DNA of 64,000 nucleotides from Balanoglossus misakiensis (lineage: Eukaryota > Animalia > Hemichordata). The DNA is taken from NCBI GenBank assembly GCA_040954595.2, contig CM082591.2:8348380-8412379 (forward strand), read 5' to 3'. How positions within the stretch are numbered: the first letter of the stretch is position 1; every line of letters starts with the position of its first letter. Positions 51,301 to 64,000 of the stretch are shown here, in pieces. Below the pieces are notes generated by a model that saw only the letters and a program-made list of their open reading frames with translations, was not told the DNA's origin and did no database searches. Made by a program: the position numbers and the translations under genes.

Positions 51301-54300
51301 TCATTATTCTCATTATTTTATAGTTTTGTCAATGCCAGTGAATTTGCAGACTTCAAAAAGTATAGGTGCGAACAATTCAGCCTCGGACACGGAGATCGAG
51401 AACAGAGCAATGGCGTACGCGTAAACAAAAGGTCACCTGATCGTGGTGTGTCAGTGTACTGTACATTTCTAGTATCATATTCAAACATCAGGAAATAAAT
51501 AATGAAGGTTTATTAACGCATGTGAAAATTCATGTAAGGGTTGTGCTGAAATATATCAGAAAAAGTTTCGATTTTTGTGTAATCTTGGGGAGGACTCGGG
51601 GAATATTTGAATTCGTTTGCGTTCCCAGGAAAGTTCACGTTTACGGGCGCTCGGAAGGTTGCAATACATAAACAAACTCGCCCTCGATCGACCCTTCGTA
51701 CCGCGTAGACAACATGACAGTGACACTTGCGGCATAATTTTATTTTAACGTATAGCTTGACATGACTGCTTGGTACATGGTACACTGTATGTATGGTGAA
51801 CGAATGTCAAATCCAGCGTCATGGAGAGGTTTGCTTTACGTGCGTGAGCGAGCCATGTTGACTGCGCGTGATTCAAGAGCAGACGACATGTACTGCAGCC
51901 GTATAGGAAGTAAAAATAAACAAAACGCCAGCCGAGGACAGATTTGGAAATTAATAAATATCGCCATATTTATTCTGTGTACGTTTGCATTTCTTTTTTT
52001 AGCCCTTAAAATGTTCGCATTGTTTGAAATCCTCCGTTATTCAGTCGGAAATTGTACACGTCCACTGGTTCTTGGGTGCGTCGCGCGTCCATCGAATAAC
52101 AGGATACATTATCAGTAATAATGTATAGCTATGACGTCACAAAATTCACTGGTATTGATAAAGCTATAATATAATGTGGAATCATGTCCTCATTTAACGG
52201 CTTCGTGCATTTTCTATGTATCATGCACGGGCTAGTTGCCCAATTAAGATCACTGTTTTTGTTCTTGTGGTATCCTTAAATAATTCTTATGAAAACACAT
52301 CAGAGTGAGATTTTAACCTGTTTTTTTTCAGTGCTTTGATCGTAGAACAGTGTAAAAAGCTCCCAAGAAGTCCAATAACTGATACAATTATTTTACATCT
52401 TTATATCATTTTTGTTCAGGATGAATCTCCTGTCTATGGTTAATGGAACAAAAATTGTCATTTGTTGAATATAAATTAGTTGTTGTTTCATCTGTAGTTT
52501 AATGCTCTGTTTCCTTGACCACACAAATTAAAGTTGTCATTATAAAAATTGTATACACATGTTGGTTGTAATTGGAGAATAAGACAAGAATTCGCTCATT
52601 AAGATGTCCATCTTACCGAACACTGGCATTCCAAACATTGGTCGATCGTCATCTGGTTTAAAAATAGCACCTTCCTTATAAGTGACACCTCTGAATTCGC
52701 AACCAATACATGCTTGACAACACTGGTTTGGAACTCGCACTGGGTTCTCACACGGTGCTGGACATGTGACAGTTGTACAGGAGATGTCTTGGTCCTGTCA
52801 ACACAAGAAACAAAAACGTCCAAGTTACAAACAAGAGAAATACTGTAAAACACTTTATTTTCGCGAGTTGAAATTTTCGCGATATTGAAAGATGCCACTG
52901 TTTTGCGAGTATTAATTTTCATGTTCTATTATTTCATTCACTGCATTGTTATCTTCAAAAAAATTTACGCTACTTTTTATTTTCACGTTATTTTGGCTCT
53001 CGCGTATTTGGCGAAAATGTATTGCTCGCGAAATTAAAGTGTTTTACAGTATGAATGAATGAATGAATTTTATTTCACCAGAGATATGTCGATATATATA
53101 TATATATAATACACTGAATGTAAAAGGAAGATGTTACATATTTCCAGTGTGGACCATGGAAATAGTTTCGCGGAAACTAGTCTAGTCCATGGCCCATATT
53201 TCTGAGTTAATAAATTATAAAGATGTCAAACAGTTGTAAACGACACTAGTTACACAAGATAACATAATTGATACACAGATTAAAAATTATTATATAAATA
53301 GCCCAAAGTACAGATCTAGAAATCTAATTACTGAGATATATGACAAGAAGCAAAGATCCACAAAACATGAAAGCTCATCAGAACAGCAGAATGTGACACT
53401 GTACACATTGTTGCTGCACAAAAATGTCTTGGCATGAACACACTGCATGTGCTTATCACCCTCAAAGCCAAAAGTGCTCTGCATGTGCTTATAACAATCA
53501 AAGCCAAATGTGCTCTAACACAAGATATATTCTTCATTAAAGGGACAAAGTCTCTCTTCTTCCCCATTTTTAATTAATTATGTTTGATACAAGACACCGT
53601 TTATGTTATTCTACATGTGGATTTATAGGGAATCAACGTTCAACCACACACTACCTCCATCCCACTTGTAGACGAGAGGGGAAAATCTCGCCAAAATGAA
53701 TAATCAGTCTCTACCATTTATTCATTTTGGGCGAGTTTTTATTTTCATATCATACAAGCGGGATGGAAGTTGTGTGTCGTTGAACGTCCATTCACTACAT
53801 GTACATATACACATGTACATTTACATAAACAGTGTCTTGCATCAGACATAATTAATTGGAAAGGGGCAGCGAGAGAGAGACTTTGTCCCTTTAAATCCAC
53901 CAATCAAAGTAACTTACATCACATATACATGTTGTACAGGGATCATCTTGAAGAGTCCACATGTCACCATGGTGATACGTTGTGTCATCAATGACCGGAC
54001 AGTCTAAACAAAGAGACAAAGAAGACATTTTATACAGCGCTATGTCACTCTGGTTGAAAACATGATGATATGGAATACCATTATCTGGGTGTTCAAATTA
54101 TATAGAATTCTTCTGTTTTGCAGTATTAAAATTGTTTTTATTACTTTTCTGATCAATATACTGGTATTGTGTAAAATTCGATTGATTGATTGGTGTGTGC
54201 TTTGTCTACAGCCCGTGCACTTACACAGCATCTGATAATTCATACAGGAAAGATCACAACAAGTGATGACTCATAGAGGAGAGATCACAAAAAGTGATGA

Positions 54301-54447
54301 GTCATAGAGGAGGAAGCACAGCATCTGATGACTCATCTAACCTGTCCACTTACCTAGACATTTAGGACAGCACTGCCCTGGTACACTTGCAAAATTAGAA
54401 CACCTTGTGGCTTCACACACTGTTAAATTACAAGTCACAGTACCATC
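48351..54447 (-). CDS. VWC exon block, array copy 2 (8 exons; 178-bp exon 52617-52794 frameshifted)
   Basis: Copy of the copy-1 exons at +7311, plus exon 48351-48488 (DGEVTCERPNC...GRRYQ). Confidence 0.85.
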
Positions 54448-55661
54448 CTGTAAATACAAATTATATTATATCATGCTACCGTTCGTGATTCTGATTGGAC
54501 GAGAGCTGAATCCAGCCATGGTAAAGTACTGTTTTACCATGGCTAGCAGTGGTAAAACGGGCCCCTGAACCACAGGGATTTATTCAGGGAACGTTTAAGT
54601 AAGAATTATATGATATAAACTGAATAAATTTGTTGTCGGTCAACTCTTCTGTCTTTGTCTTACCGATACGGTTCTAACCGGAACACTTAGGCTTCTCTGC
54701 TCATACACTACACATTATAAACAATGGATGATAAAATGCGCCCTCTTTTGGTGAACTCTTACTACCGCCTGACCCCTCCAGCTGACCGCCTACTTGCCTT
54801 ACTGGACAAGGGAAGAAAGCCGGCTATCCAGCGAAATCACGGCCTGTCGCAGGTGATTTTTCAAATGAACCCCATATATAGTTTTCAGTTGTTTTTATCA
54901 TGCTGTTGACGATCAACAGTGTTGAAATTACCAACCACGAAGTCTACATCTGGAAGAAGATTACTACATTACCGCACGAAGCTGTTGGAGCGCGCGAATC
55001 GTGTTCAAAGACGTTCGTTATAATTGCTAATGAGAAAACAGCACGTAGTTAATCCGATGAATGACAACTGCAAAAATGGCCAGAGGCGTGACATATTGCT
55101 CCATACTCGATCGACTGGTTGCTTGTAGTGACAAGGACGCTCATTTATTCAAGGGCATTCCCACCAAAATATATGAATATTTATGTATGTCAAGTGCCGC
55201 GCGCTTTACGCGTTGAGGCGAGCGAGATGGCCTTCTTCCCTTGTCAAGTATAGCAAGGTAGAAGGTCAGGCGGTAGGCAGAGTTCACCAAAAGAGGGCGC
55301 ATTTTATCATCCATTGTTTATAATGTGTAGTGTATGAGCAGAGAAGCCTTAGTGTTCCGGTTAGAAACGTATCGGTAAGACAAAGATGGAAGAGTTGACC
55401 GACAACAAATTTATTCAGTTTATATCATATAATTCTTACTTAAACGTTCCCTGAATACATACCTGTGCCTGAACTAGCATACGGCAGCAAAATGTGCGGT
55501 TAAACCACAGGGATGTATTCAGGGAACGTTTAAGTAAGAATTATATGATATAAACTGAATAAATTTGTTGTCAATGGCACAGCTCGTCTTGCATTGCGAA
55601 GTCTCAGCAGAATCCATTTTTGCAGAAAATTTATCATATATCTTAGAAATTAAATTGTTAC

Positions 55662-58600
55662 CTGATATCTCCTGCCTTTGTACATACAATAAGATTCCAC
55701 AGTACATTTTGGACAGCAACTGCCATGTGGTAAAATCTGGTTTTCTAGATCACAGTTGATTTGTTCACAATTGGGTCTTTCACAGGTTACCTCTCCATCC
55801 TTAACAGAAATTCAGAAAACATTGTATGACATAAAACAGGTCGATGGAGAGGATGAAATGTTTTCAATAATCTGTACAGTGAATATACAGGAAAAATAGC
55901 AACATTATTCAACAAGTTATACAAGTTATGTGAAAATGTTGCATCAAACTTTGATAGGGAAAATGTGCCATTCAAAGTGTTTGCTTGCAGTTACTGAACC
56001 AATTTCAGAATTTTCGATAAATTTTCAGAATTTCTTTTAAATCTTAGGTTTTCTTCAACAGACATAAGTGTTTCCATCACCTTGATGTTTTCAAAAAGAG
56101 AAAGTATTATTTTTGAAATGTGGAATTACTGTAAATAAATTTTTCGCGAAATACGCGAGAACCAAAATAGCGTGAAAATAAAAAGTCGCATAAATTTTTT
56201 CCGAAGATAATGATGCAGTGAATGAAATAAGAGAACGTGAAAATTAATACTAGCGAAACAGTGGCTTCTCTCGATATCGCGAAAATTTCAACTCGCTAAA
56301 ATAAGTGTTTTACAGTAGTTTGGAACACGGTTATAATAATAAACTACACGCAACAAACATTAGAGGTTCACCAGAAGACGAAGTGTTAGATCAGAAACTT
56401 ACCAGACATGTGCAAAGGCTGCAAGGATCAGCCAATGGAACAAACTGTTCACCAGTTTTGTAAATCTGATTCTCAAAGCTACATTCCAAAGGACCTGTAA
56501 ATGGAACATGACAACTGGTGGGATTATCTAGAGGAAGTGGAAAGTCACTGACTTCTGAAATGTTCTGAATACTAGTACTCTCTTAAAGGCAATAGATCGT
56601 CTCACGCGCATGTGTGTAACTTCCCAGCAAATTTTCCGTTCGATGCATTCAAATAGTGGACTGCCTTCGCTTCCTTCCATATTTCATGCGCACCGTATAA
56701 GTAGATTCTGGTTTTGTCCCTCCTTTTCACCCAAGCTGGTGTTTTCTCACGATCTCCAACATAGATTATGGTCGCCGCCATCTTGTCTGTTGTTAGGACA
56801 GAGCACTGCCTTATGGGATTGACTGTTCACTAAATGTCTGTAACCAGCGGCTACAGCTGGAACATGCGTGTGAGACGAGCTAGGTGCTTTAAAGGGCAGT
56901 GATCATCTTATGCGCATGTGTCAAACCAGAGACTCTGGTTACATAAATTGTATACAGTCATTGCCATAAGGCAGTGTGCTGTCCTGACAACAGACAAGAT
57001 GGCGGCAACCACAATCTGTGGCTGATTGGGAAAAAACAGCAAATCGGATGAAAAGAAGGGACAAAACTAAAGTCTGGGTGAACATGAAATATAGAAGGAA
57101 GCGAAGGCAGTCCACTATTTGAATGTATTGAACGCAAACTTTGCAGAACACTTGGATTGGATGTAATGTTTGTAGACATTAATTACACACATGTGCATAA
57201 GACGATCATTGGCCTTTTACAGACTTTGTCACTGTGAGCAATAAATTGTATCAAGGAATACATACGCTCAGTTGTATTGAAACTTTTTGTGTTTTAAAAA
57301 GTTACCACAGACACGCATTGCATGATTGAACACCATTTGTTGATGTACATAATAAAAACTTACTTGCACAGCGTGGACAGCATTCACCTGCATCACGTAG
57401 GATTCTATCTTCGTTACATTCTAACTCAGGACACAATTTGACATCACATGAAGCATGACCATCCTGACAGAAAATACACACAGAGACAATAAGACAACAA
57501 CTCATATGGTTACCAATTGATCATACACTTGTTAAAAATTCACACAAAAACACATTTATCAACATCAGTAAAAATTGAACAATGAATGCTGGACCGTTTT
57601 TCCAATTCACCACTTTTGATTTCGATTGACACTTTTTTAAATCAAAGTATTTTATTTTCTTTGCAACAGCTTTGTGGATGTCTAACTGCAGGGAGATCTA
57701 ACTTCAACCCTTACGCCAACATGGTTGGTCCAAATCCATTGTTTTCTATGGTAAAGTTGGACTTCCAAACAGGGAAATGGGGATGAAAGGTTAATATAAG
57801 ACTTGCATCTGGGTTATTCACTTACCATACATATACATGATGTACAAGGATTGAGTTTAAATTCTGTGCCATTCTGATATACAATGCCTGTTGTATTATT
57901 CTCACAAACTCTTTCCAAAGGCTCTCCTATATAGGATAAAGAAAACATTATACGACACACATATTCACAAGTGAGCATGATTGATGTGAGGTCACATGAG
58001 TCTCAAAGCCAATCAGAGTGTACAACATTCAGACCATTCATCTCATGGTTCATTTCCAGGAAATGCAAGTTTTTTTCAATAGTTTTCCAGGGCTTTCAGA
58101 CCGAAAATCAATTTTCTGAATATTTTTAATTAGATTTCTATGACTTTTGAAGCCAAAACTGACATTTCCTGGGAGTGATTATGCAGATCTTGTGTCAAAA
58201 ACATCAACAATATTCTGGGACTTTCAGGAATGAATTTCATTTTTATATTTCTGTCTCTTCAACAAGTGCATAAATTTTGTCAATATTGTCAGACAAGAAT
58301 TTTTTTAAAAACACTGACCTGTACATGTTGGGCAACATGCAGAGTGTTCTACTGTGACTCTCTCTGGAGGACAATTCAGTGTTGGACAGAGAATTGTTAG
58401 ACACAGCAATATTTCTTCCTGTAATCAAAAGTTATATGATTCAATCTGGCATACATGCACAATTATCATATACTCTACTTAGAGAATAATGAGCGCCCCA
58501 AAGACCCATAATGGACGAAAGCACACATTGTGCGTCATAATATACGAGGCGAAGCCGAGTATATTATGGAGCACAATGTGTGCTTGAGTCCATTATGGGT

Positions 58601-61600
58601 CTTTGGGGCGTTCATTATTCTCATTATTTTATAGTTTTGTCAATGCCAGTGAATTTGCAGACTTCAAAAAGTATAGGTGCGAACAATTCAGCCTCGGACA
58701 CGGAGATCGAGAACAGAGCAATGGCGTACGCGTAAACAAAAGGTCACCTGATCGTGGTGTGTCAGTGTACTGTACATTTCTAGTATCATATTCAAACATC
58801 AGGAAATAAATAATGAAGGTTTATTAACGCATGTGAAAATTCATGTAAGGGTTGTGCTGAAATATATCAGAAAAAGTTTCGATTTTTGTGTAATCTTGGG
58901 GAGGACTCGGGGAATATTTGAATTCGTTTGCGTTCCCAGGAAAGTTCACGTTTACGGGCGCTCGGAAGGTTGCAATACATAAACAAACTCGCCCTCGATC
59001 GACCCTTCGTACCGCGTAGACAACATGACAGTGACACTTGCGGCATAATTTTATTTTAACGTATAGCTTGACATGACTGCTTGGTACATGGTACACTGTA
59101 TGTATGGTGAACGAATGTCAAATCCAGCGTCATGGAGAGGTTTGCTTTACGTGCGTGAGCGAGCCATGTTGACTGCGCGTGATTCAAGAGCAGACGACAT
59201 GTACTGCAGCCGTATAGGAAGTAAAAATAAACAAAACGCCAGCCGAGGACAGATTTGGAAATTAATAAATATCGCCATATTTATTCTGTGTACGTTTGCA
59301 TTTCTTTTTTTAGCCCTTAAAATGTTCGCATTGTTTGAAATCCTCCGTTATTCAGTCGGAAATTGTACACGTCCACTGGTTCTTGGGTGCGTCGCGCGTC
59401 CATCGAATAACAGGATACATTATCAGTAATAATGTATAGCTATGACGTCACAAAATTCACTGGTATTGATAAAGCTATAATATAATGTGGAATCATGTCC
59501 TCATTTAACGGCTTCGTGCATTTTCTATGTATCATGCACGGGCTAGTTGCCCAATTAAGATCACTGTTTTTGTTCTTGTGGTATCCTTAAATAATTCTTA
59601 TGAAAACACATCAGAGTGAGATTTTAACCTGTTTTTTTTCAGTGCTTTGATCGTAGAACAGTGTAAAAAGCTCCCAAGAAGTCCAATAACTGATACAATT
59701 ATTTTACATCTTTATATCATTTTTGTTCAGGATGAATCTCCTGTCTATGGTTAATGGAACAAAAATTGTCATTTGTTGAATATAAATTAGTTGTTGTTTC
59801 ATCTGTAGTTTAATGCTCTGTTTCCTTGACCACACAAATTAAAGTTGTCATTATAAAAATTGTATACACATGTTGGTTGTAATTGGAGAATAAGACAAGA
59901 ATTCGCTCATTAAGATGTCCATCTTACCGAACACTGGCATTCCAAACATTGGTCGATCGTCATCTGGTTTAAAAATAGCACCTTCCTTATAAGTGACACC
60001 TCTGAATTCGCAACCAATACATGCTTGACAACACTGGTTTGGAACTCGCACTGGGTTCTCACACGGTGCTGGACATGTGACAGTTGTACAGGAGATGTCT
60101 TGGTCCTGTCAACACAAGAAACAAAAACGTCCAAGTTACAAACAAGAGAAATACTGTAAAACACTTTATTTTCGCGAGTTGAAATTTTCGCGATATTGAA
60201 AGATGCCACTGTTTTGCGAGTATTAATTTTCATGTTCTATTATTTCATTCACTGCATTGTTATCTTCAAAAAAATTTACGCTACTTTTTATTTTCACGTT
60301 ATTTTGGCTCTCGCGTATTTGGCGAAAATGTATTGCTCGCGAAATTAAAGTGTTTTACAGTATGAATGAATGAATGAATTTTATTTCACCAGAGATATGT
60401 CGATATATATATATATATAATACACTGAATGTAAAAGGAAGATGTTACATATTTCCAGTGTGGACCATGGAAATAGTTTCGCGGAAACTAGTCTAGTCCA
60501 TGGCCCATATTTCTGAGTTAATAAATTATAAAGATGTCAAACAGTTGTAAACGACACTAGTTACACAAGATAACATAATTGATACACAGATTAAAAATTA
60601 TTATATAAATAGCCCAAAGTACAGATCTAGAAATCTAATTACTGAGATATATGACAAGAAGCAAAGATCCACAAAACATGAAAGCTCATCAGAACAGCAG
60701 AATGTGACACTGTACACATTGTTGCTGCACAAAAATGTCTTGGCATGAACACACTGCATGTGCTTATCACCCTCAAAGCCAAAAGTGCTCTGCATGTGCT
60801 TATAACAATCAAAGCCAAATGTGCTCTAACACAAGATATATTCTTCATTAAAGGGACAAAGTCTCTCTTCTTCCCCATTTTTAATTAATTATGTTTGATA
60901 CAAGACACCGTTTATGTTATTCTACATGTGGATTTATAGGGAATCAACGTTCAACCACACACTACCTCCATCCCACTTGTAGACGAGAGGGGAAAATCTC
61001 GCCAAAATGAATAATCAGTCTCTACCATTTATTCATTTTGGGCGAGTTTTTATTTTCATATCATACAAGCGGGATGGAAGTTGTGTGTCGTTGAACGTCC
61101 ATTCACTACATGTACATATACACATGTACATTTACATAAACAGTGTCTTGCATCAGACATAATTAATTGGAAAGGGGCAGCGAGAGAGAGACTTTGTCCC
61201 TTTAAATCCACCAATCAAAGTAACTTACATCACATATACATGTTGTACAGGGATCATCTTGAAGAGTCCACATGTCACCATGGTGATACGTTGTGTCATC
61301 AATGACCGGACAGTCTAAACAAAGAGACAAAGAAGACATTTTATACAGCGCTATGTCACTCTGGTTGAAAACATGATGATATGGAATACCATTATCTGGG
61401 TGTTCAAATTATATAGAATTCTTCTGTTTTGCAGTATTAAAATTGTTTTTATTACTTTTCTGATCAATATACTGGTATTGTGTAAAATTCGATTGATTGA
61501 TTGGTGTGTGCTTTGTCTACAGCCCGTGCACTTACACAGCATCTGATAATTCATACAGGAAAGATCACAACAAGTGATGACTCATAGAGGAGAGATCACA

Positions 61601-61758
61601 AAAAGTGATGAGTCATAGAGGAGGAAGCACAGCATCTGATGACTCATCTAACCTGTCCACTTACCTAGACATTTAGGACAGCACTGCCCTGGTACACTTG
61701 CAAAATTAGAACACCTTGTGGCTTCACACACTGTTAAATTACAAGTCACAGTACCATC
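55662..61758 (-). CDS. VWC exon block, array copy 3 (8 exons; exon 59928-60105 frameshifted)
   Basis: Appears identical to copy 2 at +7311. Confidence 0.85.
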
Positions 61759-62972
61759 CTGTAAATACAAATTATATTATATCATGCTACCGTTCGTGAT
61801 TCTGATTGGACGAGAGCTGAATCCAGCCATGGTAAAGTACTGTTTTACCATGGCTAGCAGTGGTAAAACGGGCCCCTGAACCACAGGGATTTATTCAGGG
61901 AACGTTTAAGTAAGAATTATATGATATAAACTGAATAAATTTGTTGTCGGTCAACTCTTCTGTCTTTGTCTTACCGATACGGTTCTAACCGGAACACTTA
62001 GGCTTCTCTGCTCATACACTACACATTATAAACAATGGATGATAAAATGCGCCCTCTTTTGGTGAACTCTTACTACCGCCTGACCCCTCCAGCTGACCGC
62101 CTACTTGCCTTACTGGACAAGGGAAGAAAGCCGGCTATCCAGCGAAATCACGGCCTGTCGCAGGTGATTTTTCAAATGAACCCCATATATAGTTTTCAGT
62201 TGTTTTTATCATGCTGTTGACGATCAACAGTGTTGAAATTACCAACCACGAAGTCTACATCTGGAAGAAGATTACTACATTACCGCACGAAGCTGTTGGA
62301 GCGCGCGAATCGTGTTCAAAGACGTTCGTTATAATTGCTAATGAGAAAACAGCACGTAGTTAATCCGATGAATGACAACTGCAAAAATGGCCAGAGGCGT
62401 GACATATTGCTCCATACTCGATCGACTGGTTGCTTGTAGTGACAAGGACGCTCATTTATTCAAGGGCATTCCCACCAAAATATATGAATATTTATGTATG
62501 TCAAGTGCCGCGCGCTTTACGCGTTGAGGCGAGCGAGATGGCCTTCTTCCCTTGTCAAGTATAGCAAGGTAGAAGGTCAGGCGGTAGGCAGAGTTCACCA
62601 AAAGAGGGCGCATTTTATCATCCATTGTTTATAATGTGTAGTGTATGAGCAGAGAAGCCTTAGTGTTCCGGTTAGAAACGTATCGGTAAGACAAAGATGG
62701 AAGAGTTGACCGACAACAAATTTATTCAGTTTATATCATATAATTCTTACTTAAACGTTCCCTGAATACATACCTGTGCCTGAACTAGCATACGGCAGCA
62801 AAATGTGCGGTTAAACCACAGGGATGTATTCAGGGAACGTTTAAGTAAGAATTATATGATATAAACTGAATAAATTTGTTGTCAATGGCACAGCTCGTCT
62901 TGCATTGCGAAGTCTCAGCAGAATCCATTTTTGCAGAAAATTTATCATATATCTTAGAAATTAAATTGTTAC

Positions 62973-63826
62973 CTGATATCTCCTGCCTTTGTACATACAA
63001 TAAGATTCCACAGTACATTTTGGACAGCAACTGCCATGTGGTAAAATCTGGTTTTCTAGATCACAGTTGATTTGTTCACAATTGGGTCTTTCACAGGTTA
63101 CCTCTCCATCCTTAACAGAAATTCAGAAAACATTGTATGACATAAAACAGGTCGATGGAGAGGATGAAATGTTTTCAATAATCTGTACAGTGAATATACA
63201 GGAAAAATAGCAACATTATTCAACAAGTTATACAAGTTATGTGAAAATGTTGCATCAAACTTTGATAGGGAAAATGTGCCATTCAAAGTGTTTGCTTGCA
63301 GTTACTGAACCAATTTCAGAATTTTCGATAAATTTTCAGAATTTCTTTTAAATCTTAGGTTTTCTTCAACAGACATAAGTGTTTCCATCACCTTGATGTT
63401 TTCAAAAAGAGAAAGTATTATTTTTGAAATGTGGAATTACTGTAAAACATGTTATTTTCCTGAGCAATAAATTTTTCGCGAAATACGCGAGAACCAAAAT
63501 AGCGTGAAAATAAAAAGTCGCATAAATTTTTTCCGAAGATAATGATGCAGTGAATGAAATAAGAGAACGTGAAAATTAATACTAGCGAAACAGTGGCTTC
63601 TCTCGATATCACGAAAATTTCAACTCGCTAAAATAAGTGTTTTACAGTAGTTTGGAACACGGTTATAATAATAAACTACACGCAACAAACATTAGAGGTT
63701 CACCAGAAGACGAAGTGTTAGATCAGAAACTTACCAGACATGTGCAAAGGCTGCAAGGATCAGCCAATGGAACAAACTGTTCACCAGTTTTGTAAATCTG
63801 ATTCTCAAAGCTACATTCCAAAGGAC
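62973..63826 (-). CDS. VWC exons of partial array copy 4 (62973-63110, 63735-63826)
   Basis: Same exon sequences; offset by +21 after the undeleted MITE. Confidence 0.85.
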
Positions 63827-64000
63827 CTGTAAATGGAACATGACAACTGGTGGGATTATCTAGAGGAAGTGGAAAGTCACTGACTTCTGAAATGTTCTGA
63901 ATACTAGTACTCTCTTAAAGGCAATAGATCGTCTCACGCGCATGTGTGTAACTTCCCAGCAAATTTTCCGTTCGATGCATTCAAATAGTGGACTGCCTTC

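Larger units (their letters stand above)
31632..63826 (-). pseudogene. KCP: Kielin/chordin-like (multi-VWC + VWD + C8) gene, here followed by Ca-binding EGF exons; multiply disabled; 5' end beyond the window
   Basis: Phase-compatible exons encode VWC repeats, VWD (36659-36955, 36110-36255), C8 (35304-35481) and EGF_CA (32184-32303, 31632-31741). Lesions: +1 frameshift in the 178-bp VWC exon of every full array copy, GT>AT donor at 36658, frameshift in VWD exon 2, no recognisable VWD-C8 linker exon, and a degraded second EGF exon. Orthology to KCP is uncertain. Confidence 0.7.
39053..64000. repeat. 7311-bp tandem array: copy 1 39053-48260 (with 1876-bp insert), copy 2 48261-55571, copy 3 55572-62882, copy 4 62883 to end of window
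   Basis: ORF track repeats at an exact 7311 offset. The junction sequence ...aatttgttgt|caatggcacagc occurs at 48261, 55572 and 62883. Confidence 0.98.

Overview
AT-rich, intron-containing animal DNA. The repeat families and gene content suggest a marine invertebrate, possibly a hemichordate- or echinoderm-like deuterostome, but that is inference only. There is no intact host gene that I can support. 1-2.3 kb is a (GAT)n satellite with a ~1.17 kb higher-order duplication. 4.9-15 kb holds Helentron/HINE-type remnants and short tandem duplications. 16359-20572 is a young PIF/Harbinger-ISL2EU-type DNA transposon with 263-bp TIRs, a transposase broken by one stop, and an intact spliced Myb-like/Pro-rich partner gene. 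22.8-28.5 kb (minus) carries the disabled last exons and 3'UTR of a MED25-like gene. 31.6-64 kb (minus) is a disabled kielin/chordin-like gene, (VWC)n-VWD-C8-EGF-EGF, whose 8-exon VWC block is amplified as a 7311-bp tandem array (3 full copies plus a partial fourth); the array junction lies in a truncated P-element-like MITE end. The most novel item is an antisense, intronless, decayed ORF nested in an intron of that gene (34142-35183) that fuses a FAM60A/SINHCAF (Sin3-HDAC-associated) zinc-finger domain to an F-box. All protein-family calls come from motif recognition by eye; no searches were run.
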